Assembly (NCBI GenBank): GCA_030059665.1
Contig: JANVYR010000001.1
Span: forward strand, 407,164-439,163
Direction: 5' to 3'
DNA from: Candidatus Calditenuis fumarioli
GTDB taxonomy: Archaea > Thermoproteota > Nitrososphaeria_A > Caldarchaeales > Calditenuaceae
Length of the DNA: 32,000 nucleotides
Shown: piece by piece, positions 25,284-32,000 of the stretch
Layout of the letters: each line of letters begins with the position of its first letter
Position numbering within the stretch: the stretch's first letter is position 1
Notes under the pieces: generated by a model
Seen by the model: only the letters and a program-made list of their open reading frames with translations
What the model was told of the DNA's origin: nothing
The model's database searches: none
Position numbers and translations under genes: made by a program

Positions 25284-26227
25284 CGCGTCTCACCCTTCTC
25301 GATCAGCGCGACGAAGAAGCCCTCGCCGCCGTTGTCGTAGGGATAGCACTTGAAGCACTTGGCTACCTCGGGGTCGAACCGGATTCCGCTCCACTCCTCC
25401 AGGGGCCGCCTGACCTTGAGGCCCTCTGGTCTGAACTCGAGCACCCTCGCACCAGACCTCCTGCTCAGGAGCTCTGACACAACCCACTCGTTCTCGAGAG
25501 GGTGTATGGTGCACGTAGAGTACACGACCCTGCCCCCTGGGGACGTCGCGTCGTAGGCGGAGAGCAGAAGGGAGAGCTGGAGGACCCTGACGCGCTCCGT
25601 TATCCCGTGGGAGTAATTCTTTGCGGCCGCCCAGTCCTTCATCACGATCCCCAGCGAGCTGCAGGGGACGTCGCAGAGCACCCTGTCGAAGCTCTCCCTC
25701 ATCCTCTTCCCGAAGTACCGGCCGTCCTTCAGCGTGACCACGCAGTTCATCACGCCCCAGCGCTGAAGGTTCGAGATCAAGGGTCTGATCCGCTCGGTCG
25801 AGGCGTCGTTGGCGACTAGGACACCCGAGTTCTCCATCAGCTGGGCGATCTGGGTCGACTTGCTCCCGGGCGCAGCGCATAGGTCGAGCACCCTCTCTCC
25901 CGGCCTCGGGTCAAGGGCCTCAACCGGGACCATCGATATCGGCCCCTGGATGTAGATCAGGCCGAAGAGGTGGGGGACCGTAGCTCCGAGCTCCTCACGC
26001 TCGGCCCTGTTCGCCCTGTACGCGTGCCTCGCCCAGGATATCCGTTCCACCTCCCAACCCCTCTCCCTTAGGAACGAGACTATCACCTCCTCTGGGAGCT
26101 TCAGCGTGTTGACCCTGAACGTCTCCGGCAGCGGTCTCGTCATCGCATCGAGGTACAGGTCGACGTCCACGTCCGGGAGGCTCTGGAGGAGGGCCAACAG
26201 ATCCTCCGATACCGGAATCCTGCTCAC
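25280..26227 (-). CDS. RNA cytosine-C5 methyltransferase, NOL1/NOP2/Sun (RsmB/Trm4) family
   Basis: SAM motif VLDLCAAPGSKS, motif IV DRVLCDVPCSSLG and motif VI GRVVYSTCTIHPLENE (both catalytic Cys present). The GTG start overlaps the ogg stop codon. Confidence 0.9.
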   Translation of the reverse strand: MSRIPVSEDLLALLQSLPDVDVDLYLDAMTRPLPETFRVNTLKLPEEVIVSFLRERGWEVERISWARHAYRANRAEREELGATVPHLFGLIYIQGPISMVPVEALDPRPGERVLDLCAAPGSKSTQIAQLMENSGVLVANDASTERIRPLISNLQRWGVMNCVVTLKDGRYFGKRMRESFDRVLCDVPCSSLGIVMKDWAAAKNYSHGITERVRVLQLSLLLSAYDATSPGGRVVYSTCTIHPLENEWVVSELLSRRSGARVLEFRPEGLKVRRPLEEWSGIRFDPEVAKCFKCYPYDNGGEGFFVALIEKGETR

Positions 26228-26856
26228 TTCAGAACCTCACCCGTCGAGGCGTACCAGAGGAGGAGGTCCAGTTCCTCAGGACTCATCCCTAGCTCTCCGG
26301 AGAGCGCCAGGAACCTCTGCTCCAGCTCGAGGTAGGTCCGGCGGGTCAGTGACCTCGGAACCCTCTCGATGGCTCCCAGCACCTCCATCCAGCGGAGAAC
26401 GTGTCTGTCGAGGACCGCGATTCCGGTGAAGCCGACGTTCCTCATGAAGTGAGAGGCCTCCTTCAGCCCGAAGCCCCAGACCCTCTCCACCAGCGCGTCC
26501 CTCACCGATCCCGTCTCCCCCTGCAGGAGGGCGACCAGCACCGCTGGTTCTCCTCTGAGAAGACGTCTGTTCAGGACGAGGTAACGAGCCTTCCGGACGT
26601 GGAACCTTATGCCGTTCCTCCTCATCACCTCCGCGACCTCCGAGGCCCGACCCGAGAGGAGGAGGCCTGAGGCTTTCAGCTCGTCGATCGCCCTGAGCGC
26701 CGCCTTAGCTTTGGACTGGGGCGTCATGACGCAGAAGGCCAGCTCCTCGAAGAGCCTGAAGGGGTCGCTCCTGTCGACGGACCGGAACTCCGCGATCCTC
26801 CGCTCGATCAGCCCCCGCACCTCCTCGTACGCCCTCAGCAATCGCTCCAGGGCCAT
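26224..26856 (-). CDS. ogg: 8-oxoguanine DNA glycosylase/AP lyase, archaeal Ogg2 type
   Basis: End-to-end pattern match to M. jannaschii-type Ogg: RIAEFRS, ELAFCVMTPQS, RFHVRKARYLV, GLKEASHFMRNVG, AVLDRHVLR, and the C-terminal LLLWYASTGEVLK. Confidence 0.88.
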   Translation of the reverse strand: MALERLLRAYEEVRGLIERRIAEFRSVDRSDPFRLFEELAFCVMTPQSKAKAALRAIDELKASGLLLSGRASEVAEVMRRNGIRFHVRKARYLVLNRRLLRGEPAVLVALLQGETGSVRDALVERVWGFGLKEASHFMRNVGFTGIAVLDRHVLRWMEVLGAIERVPRSLTRRTYLELEQRFLALSGELGMSPEELDLLLWYASTGEVLK

Positions 26857-26903
26857 CCGGAGCTAAGTGATGCGCTTGACTTTTAGCACTGACACCGGGC
26901 CGG

Positions 26904-28343
26904 TCAGGACTGCCTCAGCAGCCTCCCCAGCTTCGTCCTGGTCGTGCCGAGCGTCATCGTGCCGGGGTCTATCACCCTGAAGGTGATCGGCAGCCTCCCA
27001 ACCGCCTTCCCCCACGCGAGGACGTTCCCGGGAGGAAGGTTAGGCAAAATGGACCTGAGTGTCTCCGGGTCGATCTCCAGGTTTCGGGCCAGGTGCTCTA
27101 TGTCGGACCCGTTCCTGATGTTGAACATGAAGACGTTGTCGGCCTGACGGTAGATCAGCGCCGGGATCGAGTCGGGCTGGTTGGTTATCAGGACGGTCGA
27201 TATCCCTATGTGCCTCATCCTCGTGATGACGTCCTCCCAGTAGGTCTCCCTCAGGTAAAGGTGGGCCTCCTCCGCGAACAGGACGATCGGGTCGATCTCG
27301 TCGTTGAACAGGAGCTCCTTCATCCTGCTCAGCAGGAACTCGACGAAGACCCGCCTCTGGATCGATCCGAGCCTGCTCATGTCGAAGACCACCAGCGCAC
27401 CTCTGTCAGGCGGGAAGAGGGAGGTGAGGTCGACCTCCAGTTCCTCCTGATCGGAGTCCGTGAAGATGCCCGTGGACTCGAGCGTCAGCAGCCTGTTGGC
27501 GACCGCATCGCGGACCGACTCGTTCATCGGTACCGACTGGACGGCCCTCATCAGATTCGGGAAGGTGAGGGCCCTCCTCCTGCGGAGGTCCCTGACCAGC
27601 CTCAGCAGCTCCCTCAAACTCGTCTGTGGGAGGCCCAAAGCGTACGTCATGACGTCGGCCAGGACCTCGTCCGACATGGAGGCCAGCGGGACCTGGAAGT
27701 TCACGCCGGGAGCGAGCACGGTCATCAGATCCGAGACGTGGCTGGGTTCGCCGTCCCTCCGCCTGCCGAGCGAAACGTACTCTCCGTTCACGTCGAGCAC
27801 CACCACGTTGCACCCGGCCCTCGCGAGCTCAGACGACAGGACCTTCGCCAGGTGGGACTTCCCCGATTCCTTCCTTCCGACTATGAGGGTGACGCTTCCC
27901 TCAACGCTCGTGGCGTCGATCACCACGCCCTCGCCCACCCTAACAGGCACCTTCGGTGGTGGAATCACCGTCCTGAGCAGGTCGCTCACCTCGACCCTCC
28001 TCACCCGGGACGCGTACCTGGAGGGAAGCCAGAGCCTGTTGGGGTCGACGCCGTTGACCCTCCTGACCTTCGCCACCACGACCCTTGAGTCCCTGATCGA
28101 CCTGACGACCGATTCGATCTCGATCGGGTCCAGCCGCTCGGTCACCTCAACGGATCCACTCGAAAGGTCCCTCAGGATGTCCTCCATCAGCCCCGGAACG
28201 TCGGCGTACTCCACGTCTATCACCTGGAGCAGGATCTTCCGGTCGCTCTCCTCCACGACCAGGTAGTCCCCGAGCGAGAGGTCTGAGTCCCACGAGAGCG
28301 CGAGCAGCTCCACCTTGTCGCCCGACTTCCTGAAGAGCCTCAT
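26904..28343 (-). CDS. herA: HerA-family (FtsK/HerA superfamily, DUF87) ATPase
   Basis: 479 aa. The N-terminal beta-rich, HAS-barrel-like segment (LGDYLVVEESDRKILLQVIDVEY) is followed by Walker A IVGRKESGKSHLA, Walker B PIVLFAEEAH and VLITNQPDSI. The ATG overlaps the stop codon of the upstream NurA-like gene (ATGA). Confidence 0.85.
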   Translation of the reverse strand: MRLFRKSGDKVELLALSWDSDLSLGDYLVVEESDRKILLQVIDVEYADVPGLMEDILRDLSSGSVEVTERLDPIEIESVVRSIRDSRVVVAKVRRVNGVDPNRLWLPSRYASRVRRVEVSDLLRTVIPPPKVPVRVGEGVVIDATSVEGSVTLIVGRKESGKSHLAKVLSSELARAGCNVVVLDVNGEYVSLGRRRDGEPSHVSDLMTVLAPGVNFQVPLASMSDEVLADVMTYALGLPQTSLRELLRLVRDLRRRRALTFPNLMRAVQSVPMNESVRDAVANRLLTLESTGIFTDSDQEELEVDLTSLFPPDRGALVVFDMSRLGSIQRRVFVEFLLSRMKELLFNDEIDPIVLFAEEAHLYLRETYWEDVITRMRHIGISTVLITNQPDSIPALIYRQADNVFMFNIRNGSDIEHLARNLEIDPETLRSILPNLPPGNVLAWGKAVGRLPITFRVIDPGTMTLGTTRTKLGRLLRQS

Positions 28344-29302
28344 CTCCCATCGAACGGTGAGAGGACCGCGGCCCTCACGTCGACCTCCTCGTGCACCCTC
28401 AGCCCGTACCTCCTCTCGAGGACCGATTTGATCGCGGCGATCTCGGCCCAGCTGTGCCTCGAGAAGGCGTGGGCGACCGTGAGCGTCTCAGGGTAACCGG
28501 AGATCAGCGCGTCGCTCGCCACGACGTCCGAGAGCGCATCGATCCACCGGTCCGCCGGGAAGACGTCCGCCCTGAAGGCGATGCCGCCTTTCTCGAGGCG
28601 GGCAACTGTCACTCCGACCTCTCCACCTGGGTACGGAAGGAGCTGGGCCCTCCTCGCCAGGAGCGCCACCCTCTCCGCCTTTCCGAGCAAGTGCCCGAGG
28701 TGGGCGGCGAGGACGCTGTTCTTCGCTATTCCGATCACGGACGTGCCGTCCGTTGAAAGCGGGAGCTCTGGCACCCTCGTTAGCGGCATGTCGAGGAGGA
28801 GAACGGATTCGGGAGCCTCCCTTGAGACCAGCTTCTGGACGAGCGACTCGAACCTCCTCAGCTCGACGAGCGCCACGGAATCCGTGGAGGAGGGCTGCAC
28901 GACGCTCGCCAGCTTCGGCAGCGGCCCCACCACCCTGACCCGCATCGAGCTGCCCGATCTGATTACCACCGCAGCCTTCAGCGAGAGGAGCGGCCTCCCT
29001 CCCGCGAACCCGAGCTGGACGACGGAGCCGTCGACCGCGACCAACCTCCTCCGCGTCCCGGGAGCTATCGCGGCCGGCTCTAGGTCACCATCCTGCACAA
29101 CTTGCCCAAGGATCGCCGCCTCGTCATCCAGATCCTGATCGGCTTCCTGACCGTTCAGGAAGAGAACGCCCGTCGGGTCTCTCGAGGCCCTTTTGAGCTC
29201 GTCCACCCACAACTCCGCGATACTTTTAAATAAGTGCCATGAGACATCGAAGGTGTTGAGGCGAAGCAACTCGGTAGCCATGCTCACTCCGCCCACCATC
29301 AA
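28340..29302 (-). CDS. nurA: NurA-like nuclease (divergent)
   Basis: 320 aa. It has the NurA-type motif order: LVAVDGS (Asp91), an acidic ELRRFES block, LLLDMPL, and the C-terminal GYPETLTVAHAFSRHS. The likely true start is ATG 29281, preceded by GGAG 5 nt upstream. TTG 29302 and ATG 29299 are alternatives. Confidence 0.62.
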   Translation of the reverse strand: MMVGGVSMATELLRLNTFDVSWHLFKSIAELWVDELKRASRDPTGVLFLNGQEADQDLDDEAAILGQVVQDGDLEPAAIAPGTRRRLVAVDGSVVQLGFAGGRPLLSLKAAVVIRSGSSMRVRVVGPLPKLASVVQPSSTDSVALVELRRFESLVQKLVSREAPESVLLLDMPLTRVPELPLSTDGTSVIGIAKNSVLAAHLGHLLGKAERVALLARRAQLLPYPGGEVGVTVARLEKGGIAFRADVFPADRWIDALSDVVASDALISGYPETLTVAHAFSRHSWAEIAAIKSVLERRYGLRVHEEVDVRAAVLSPFDGR

Positions 29303-29316
29303 AGGAAATTGCTGGC

Positions 29317-29324
29317 TATTTAAT
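29317..29324. promoter_or_regulatory. Shared AT-rich TATA-like box (TATTTAAT) between divergent genes
   Basis: This is the only AT-rich element between the NurA-like gene and the + strand small gene. It is centred about 24 nt upstream of ATG 29344 and about 39 nt upstream of ATG 29281 on the other strand. Confidence 0.4.
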
Positions 29325-29829
29325 GTTGCGCAGGTTGGTCAACATGAATCAGGATAATTCAACAAACAGGGTGAAGGTGAGGCTCAACGTCCGGGGCGTC
29401 GAGGTCGAGATAGAGGCGCCCGTGGATCAGCTCGAGGAGAGCGTGAGGAGGGTCATGGCAGCGCTCGGCGAGGCGGAGGCCAGACAGGAGAGGCCGGCGC
29501 AGGAGGTCAGGAGGCAGCTCACGTGCAGGCAGGTGGTCGAGCGCCTCGTCTCCGAGGGTTACTTCCGGGAGCCGCGGACCCTCTCGGACGTCTACCAGGA
29601 GGTCAAGAGGCGGGGGTACGGCTTCGACGCTACCGCAGTGGCGCACGTTCTCCTCGAGCTGGTGAGGGAGGAGGTGCTCGACAGAGACGGATCGCCGAGG
29701 AGGTACCTTTACAGGGAGAAGAGGCGCATCGAGGCGAAGGGGTTTCCCGAGACAGGAAGCGACCAGCTCACCCTGCCTGCTGCCGAGGAGAGAAGCGCTC
29801 GATCAGATACCGCATCCCCATCGGGGTGA
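29323..29829 (+). CDS. Hypothetical small protein P1: N-terminal KVxLxxxGVE motif plus winged-helix-like domain
   Basis: 168 aa. The N-terminus is NRVKVRLNVRGVEVEIEAPVDQLEESVRRVMAAL. The central wHTH-like region is LTCRQVVERLVSEGYFREPRTLSDVYQEVKRRGYGFDATAVAHVLLELVREEVL. The tail looks disordered. The annotated ATG lies inside the TATA-like box, so ATG 29344 is the more likely start. Confidence 0.55.
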   Translation: MLRRLVNMNQDNSTNRVKVRLNVRGVEVEIEAPVDQLEESVRRVMAALGEAEARQERPAQEVRRQLTCRQVVERLVSEGYFREPRTLSDVYQEVKRRGYGFDATAVAHVLLELVREEVLDRDGSPRRYLYREKRRIEAKGFPETGSDQLTLPAAEERSARSDTASPSG

Positions 29830-30271
29830 CCTCGTAGTCTCCCCTCTCGAGCCTCCTCACGAAACCGCTCTTCCGCAACTCGCTCAGAGCTCCCGTCAGA
29901 GTCCCCCTCTTCAGCCCGAGGCCCTCCGAGAGCTCGCGGAGGTTGGTGGAGCTCGACTGCCTCCTGCCGAGCAGGTGCTCGACCCTTCTCAGCGCTAGGT
30001 AAAGGAGGACCTGGTCGGGAGCGGGCAGTCCGTGCGCCGTGGGTCTGAACGCGAACCCGATGGACTCGTCGAAGACGACGTGCTCCTTCACCGACTCGAG
30101 GAACTCGGGCACGCTCACGTCCACGCTCAGCGCCCTCGCCAGGGAGTAGGCCGGAACCACCTTCTCCACGAACTCGTGGACCGCCCTGATGACCGACGTG
30201 ACGTCGCCCTCCACCGAGAACTCAACGCCCTCATGCCTAAGGGTGACCTTGAGCGTGTCCTTCGAGGACAA
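29768..30271 (-). CDS. Hypothetical small protein P2, paralog of P1, with a C-terminal winged helix
   Basis: 167 aa. The N-terminus DTLKVTLRHEGVEFSVEGDVTSVIRAVHEFVEKV aligns with P1. The C-terminal wHTH is NLRELSEGLGLKRGTLTGALSELRKSGFVRRLERGDYEVTPMG. TTG start. Its 3' end overlaps the 3' end of P1 by 62 nt. Confidence 0.58.
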   Translation of the reverse strand: MSSKDTLKVTLRHEGVEFSVEGDVTSVIRAVHEFVEKVVPAYSLARALSVDVSVPEFLESVKEHVVFDESIGFAFRPTAHGLPAPDQVLLYLALRRVEHLLGRRQSSSTNLRELSEGLGLKRGTLTGALSELRKSGFVRRLERGDYEVTPMGMRYLIERFSPRQQAG

Positions 30272-30368
30272 ACCGAACTGAAGGGTGACAAGACGTATTT
30301 GAGGGTACGCAGCTCAGCCGACGCTCCCGGGTGACGCTTATCATCGAGAGCTGGTAGACGACCGCAGG

Positions 30369-31748
30369 ATGAGCTCACCGGCGATCTACGAACATCTGCT
30401 CCTGCTGGCGGTGGCCGCTGTCGTCGTCTTCCCGAACCAGCTTCCATATCCTCCACTGGATACGACGCCCTCCGCGGTCTCTTCACCGGCCGTCAACGTC
30501 CTCGTCATGGCGCTTCCGACGGAGCGGGCCGTTGTGGTCTACGAGATCGATTCAGGATCCCTCTGGAGAATAGGACTGGGCTTCGTTCCGGAGGGGGTCG
30601 TCTCGTCGGGCGACAGGGCGCTTGCCTACTCGAGGATCCAGCAGAAGGCGGCGCTCCTCGACCTCCGGGCTAGGGCCGTCCTAAGGGAGATCGACGTCCG
30701 GGTGGAGGCTGCCTGGCCTGCAGCGAACGGCTTCCTCGTCCACGACGGCCTCAAGCTGATCGTCCTCAGCCCCGACGGAGAGATCGTCAGGGACTTCAAA
30801 ACCGGTTATGCCGGATCGCCCTGGTCCGGTAGTGCTAAGGGGAACGCTTTCTGGTTCGTTGAGGAGGACCTCGTGACGCTGAACCTCCTCGACCTGAGTA
30901 CTGGTCAGATCAGGCAGGTCTACAAACACAACGATAAGATAACAGCGGTTCTCGCGCTCACCGAAAACAGTGCAGCCATCTCCTCGAAGGGCTACATGGG
31001 TATCATTAGGTCCGACGGGACGCGGAGGGACCTCAAGATCCCATATCAGGTCTCAGAGGCGACGTTTCTGTTCCCCGCGAAAGCAGGGAGGGTCGTCTTC
31101 GTCGACTTGATCCATCGCGTCGTGGGGATCATCGGTGAGGACCTCGCGGAACATAGGGTGGTCGAGAGGTTGACGTTCGCCCTCGCCTCACCTGCGCCGT
31201 CAAAGCTCTACGTCCTCGACCCATCGGCGAAGACGCTGGACCTATTCGACCTCACGTTCGAGCCCGAGATCAGGGAGGCGCGCTTCCTCGTCACCGGGAA
31301 GTCCACGGTCAGGGTCGAGGCCGTCGTGGTGGACCTGGACAAGGACGCGGAACCGGGGTTCCCGCAGGTAGTCGTCGAGGACAGTAAGGGCACGAGGACG
31401 ATAGTTCCGATGAGGGCCCTCCCCGACAGCAGGTACTCGGCGGACGTGGACCTGAGCGACCTGCGGGGAACGGCGACCGTCAGGGTCGTCGTGAGGGACG
31501 AGGAGGGGCACGTCGCCCAGAGCAAAGAGTACAGGGTAGAGGTGGAGGCAGGCGAGATCAAGACGACGACTGGACTCACCGTCACAAACACAGTCACTAG
31601 CCCTGCCCAAACCGGTAGGGAGACCCAGCAGCTGCTGTTGTCCTCGGTCGAGCTGACCTTCTTCCTCGTCCTGGTGGGCGCCCTCGTCCTCGTGGCACTC
31701 AGGGCCCGCAGAACCGGAAGGTCACGCGCCAGGAAGAGAAAGGCTTAA
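30369..31748 (+). CDS. Predicted surface-anchored protein (N-terminal hydrophobic signal/anchor, beta-rich ectodomain, C-terminal TM helix plus polybasic tail)
   Basis: 459 aa. The N-terminus has HLLLLAVAAVVVF. A long beta-strand-rich region follows, resembling a beta-propeller plus an Ig-like module. A Thr-rich linker (TTTGLTVTNTVTSP) precedes the C-terminal LTFFLVLVGALVLVAL helix and then RARRTGRSRARKRKA. Confidence 0.68.
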   Translation: MSSPAIYEHLLLLAVAAVVVFPNQLPYPPLDTTPSAVSSPAVNVLVMALPTERAVVVYEIDSGSLWRIGLGFVPEGVVSSGDRALAYSRIQQKAALLDLRARAVLREIDVRVEAAWPAANGFLVHDGLKLIVLSPDGEIVRDFKTGYAGSPWSGSAKGNAFWFVEEDLVTLNLLDLSTGQIRQVYKHNDKITAVLALTENSAAISSKGYMGIIRSDGTRRDLKIPYQVSEATFLFPAKAGRVVFVDLIHRVVGIIGEDLAEHRVVERLTFALASPAPSKLYVLDPSAKTLDLFDLTFEPEIREARFLVTGKSTVRVEAVVVDLDKDAEPGFPQVVVEDSKGTRTIVPMRALPDSRYSADVDLSDLRGTATVRVVVRDEEGHVAQSKEYRVEVEAGEIKTTTGLTVTNTVTSPAQTGRETQQLLLSSVELTFFLVLVGALVLVALRARRTGRSRARKRKA

Positions 31749-31775
31749 CGGGGTATTGACTTCCCAACGTATGGA

Positions 31776-32000
31776 ATGCCAGCTCACAGGCTGCTCTGGT
31801 CCCCCAGCGAGGATGACGTTGAGGACGCCAACATCACCAAATTCATCGAGTTCGTGGTCAGGCGAAGGGGCATAGAGCTGGGAGGCTACTTCGACCTTTA
31901 CGACTGGTCGGTCTCGGAGATACCAGAGTTCTGGAGGGAGGTCTGGGACTTCGTCGGCGTCATCTCCTCCGAGGGTTACACCGCGGTCGTCGACGACCTG
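31776..32000 (+). CDS. Acetoacetyl-CoA synthetase-like acyl-CoA ligase, N-terminal fragment (runs off the window end)
   Basis: Not in the supplied ORF track because no stop codon is reached. My translation from ATG 31776 is MPAHRLLWSPSEDDVEDANITKFIEFVVRRRGIELGGYFDLYDWSVSEIPEFWREVWDFVGVIS. The LW.P....NI..F.....G....Y..L..WS......FW..VW.F pattern is the acetoacetate-CoA ligase N-terminus. Confidence 0.68.
   Translation, partial: MPAHRLLWSPSEDDVEDANITKFIEFVVRRRGIELGGYFDLYDWSVSEIPEFWREVWDFVGVISSEGYTAVVDDL

Noticed and set aside
26866-26896. A C/D-box sRNA-like pair, GTGATGC ... CTGA, in the ogg/herA-like spacer.
   Set aside because: The elements are only about 20 nt apart, which is too short for a C/D sRNA with guide regions. 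There are no C'/D' boxes. The AT-rich CTAAAAG (minus strand) is better explained as the ogg operon TATA box.
27093-28266. Two long + strand ORFs (331 aa and 268 aa) opposite the HerA-like gene.
   Set aside because: The minus-strand frame carries Walker A/B motifs and the HerA blocks. The + frames are low in complexity (Pro/Arg/Asp-rich or Ser/Thr-rich) and have no motifs.
26904-28343. Whether the HerA-like ATPase is instead a conjugative VirB4/TraG-type or FtsK-type translocase marking a mobile element.
   Set aside because: Its size (479 aa), the N-terminal HAS-barrel-like segment, the direct coupling to a NurA-like gene, and the absence of relaxase, integrase or pilus genes all favour the HerA clade.

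Overview
This is a densely packed, high-GC (about 60% or more by eye) chromosomal segment that is clearly archaeal. The archaeal hallmarks are PurP, Pth2, a GHMP-type shikimate kinase, an Hjc-like resolvase, archaeal-type PPAT, Ogg2-type glycosylase, NurA/HerA-like proteins and a tRNA with a short anticodon-loop intron. Heme O synthase suggests an aerobic or microaerobic lifestyle. Placing it in a thermophilic TACK/Thermoproteota-like archaeon is only an inference. I call about 38 protein genes, including one 3'-truncated at the window edge, and one intron-containing tRNA-Ser(GGA). Also called are a few TATA-like promoter boxes placed for leaderless or short-leader transcripts, and one intergenic hairpin. 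I see no rRNA, CRISPR array, transposase, integrase or other clear mobile element. Many genes are translationally coupled by 4-nt ATGA/GTGA/TTGA overlaps, and GTG/TTG starts are common. Content is mostly housekeeping: nucleotide and polyamine metabolism, acyl-CoA/beta-oxidation-type enzymes, purine synthesis, 7-deazaguanine synthesis, CoA synthesis and base-excision repair. The best candidate for an undescribed system is at 26.9-30.3 kb. It is a stand-alone, ATGA-coupled NurA-like nuclease / HerA-like ATPase pair with no Mre11/Rad50. It shares one bidirectional AT-rich promoter box with the first of two paralogous small proteins (shared N-terminal motif plus C-terminal winged helix), whose genes converge and overlap by 62 nt. 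Secondary oddities:
- a 545-bp low-GC intergenic region with a 15-nt motif repeated four times
- tandem PurP paralogs, one lacking the glycine-rich loop
- a wHTH-PPAT fusion
- an N-terminally extended QueD
- an Ogg / Nop2-like / Nip7-like operon
All protein calls rest on motif recognition by eye from the supplied translations; no database search was run.
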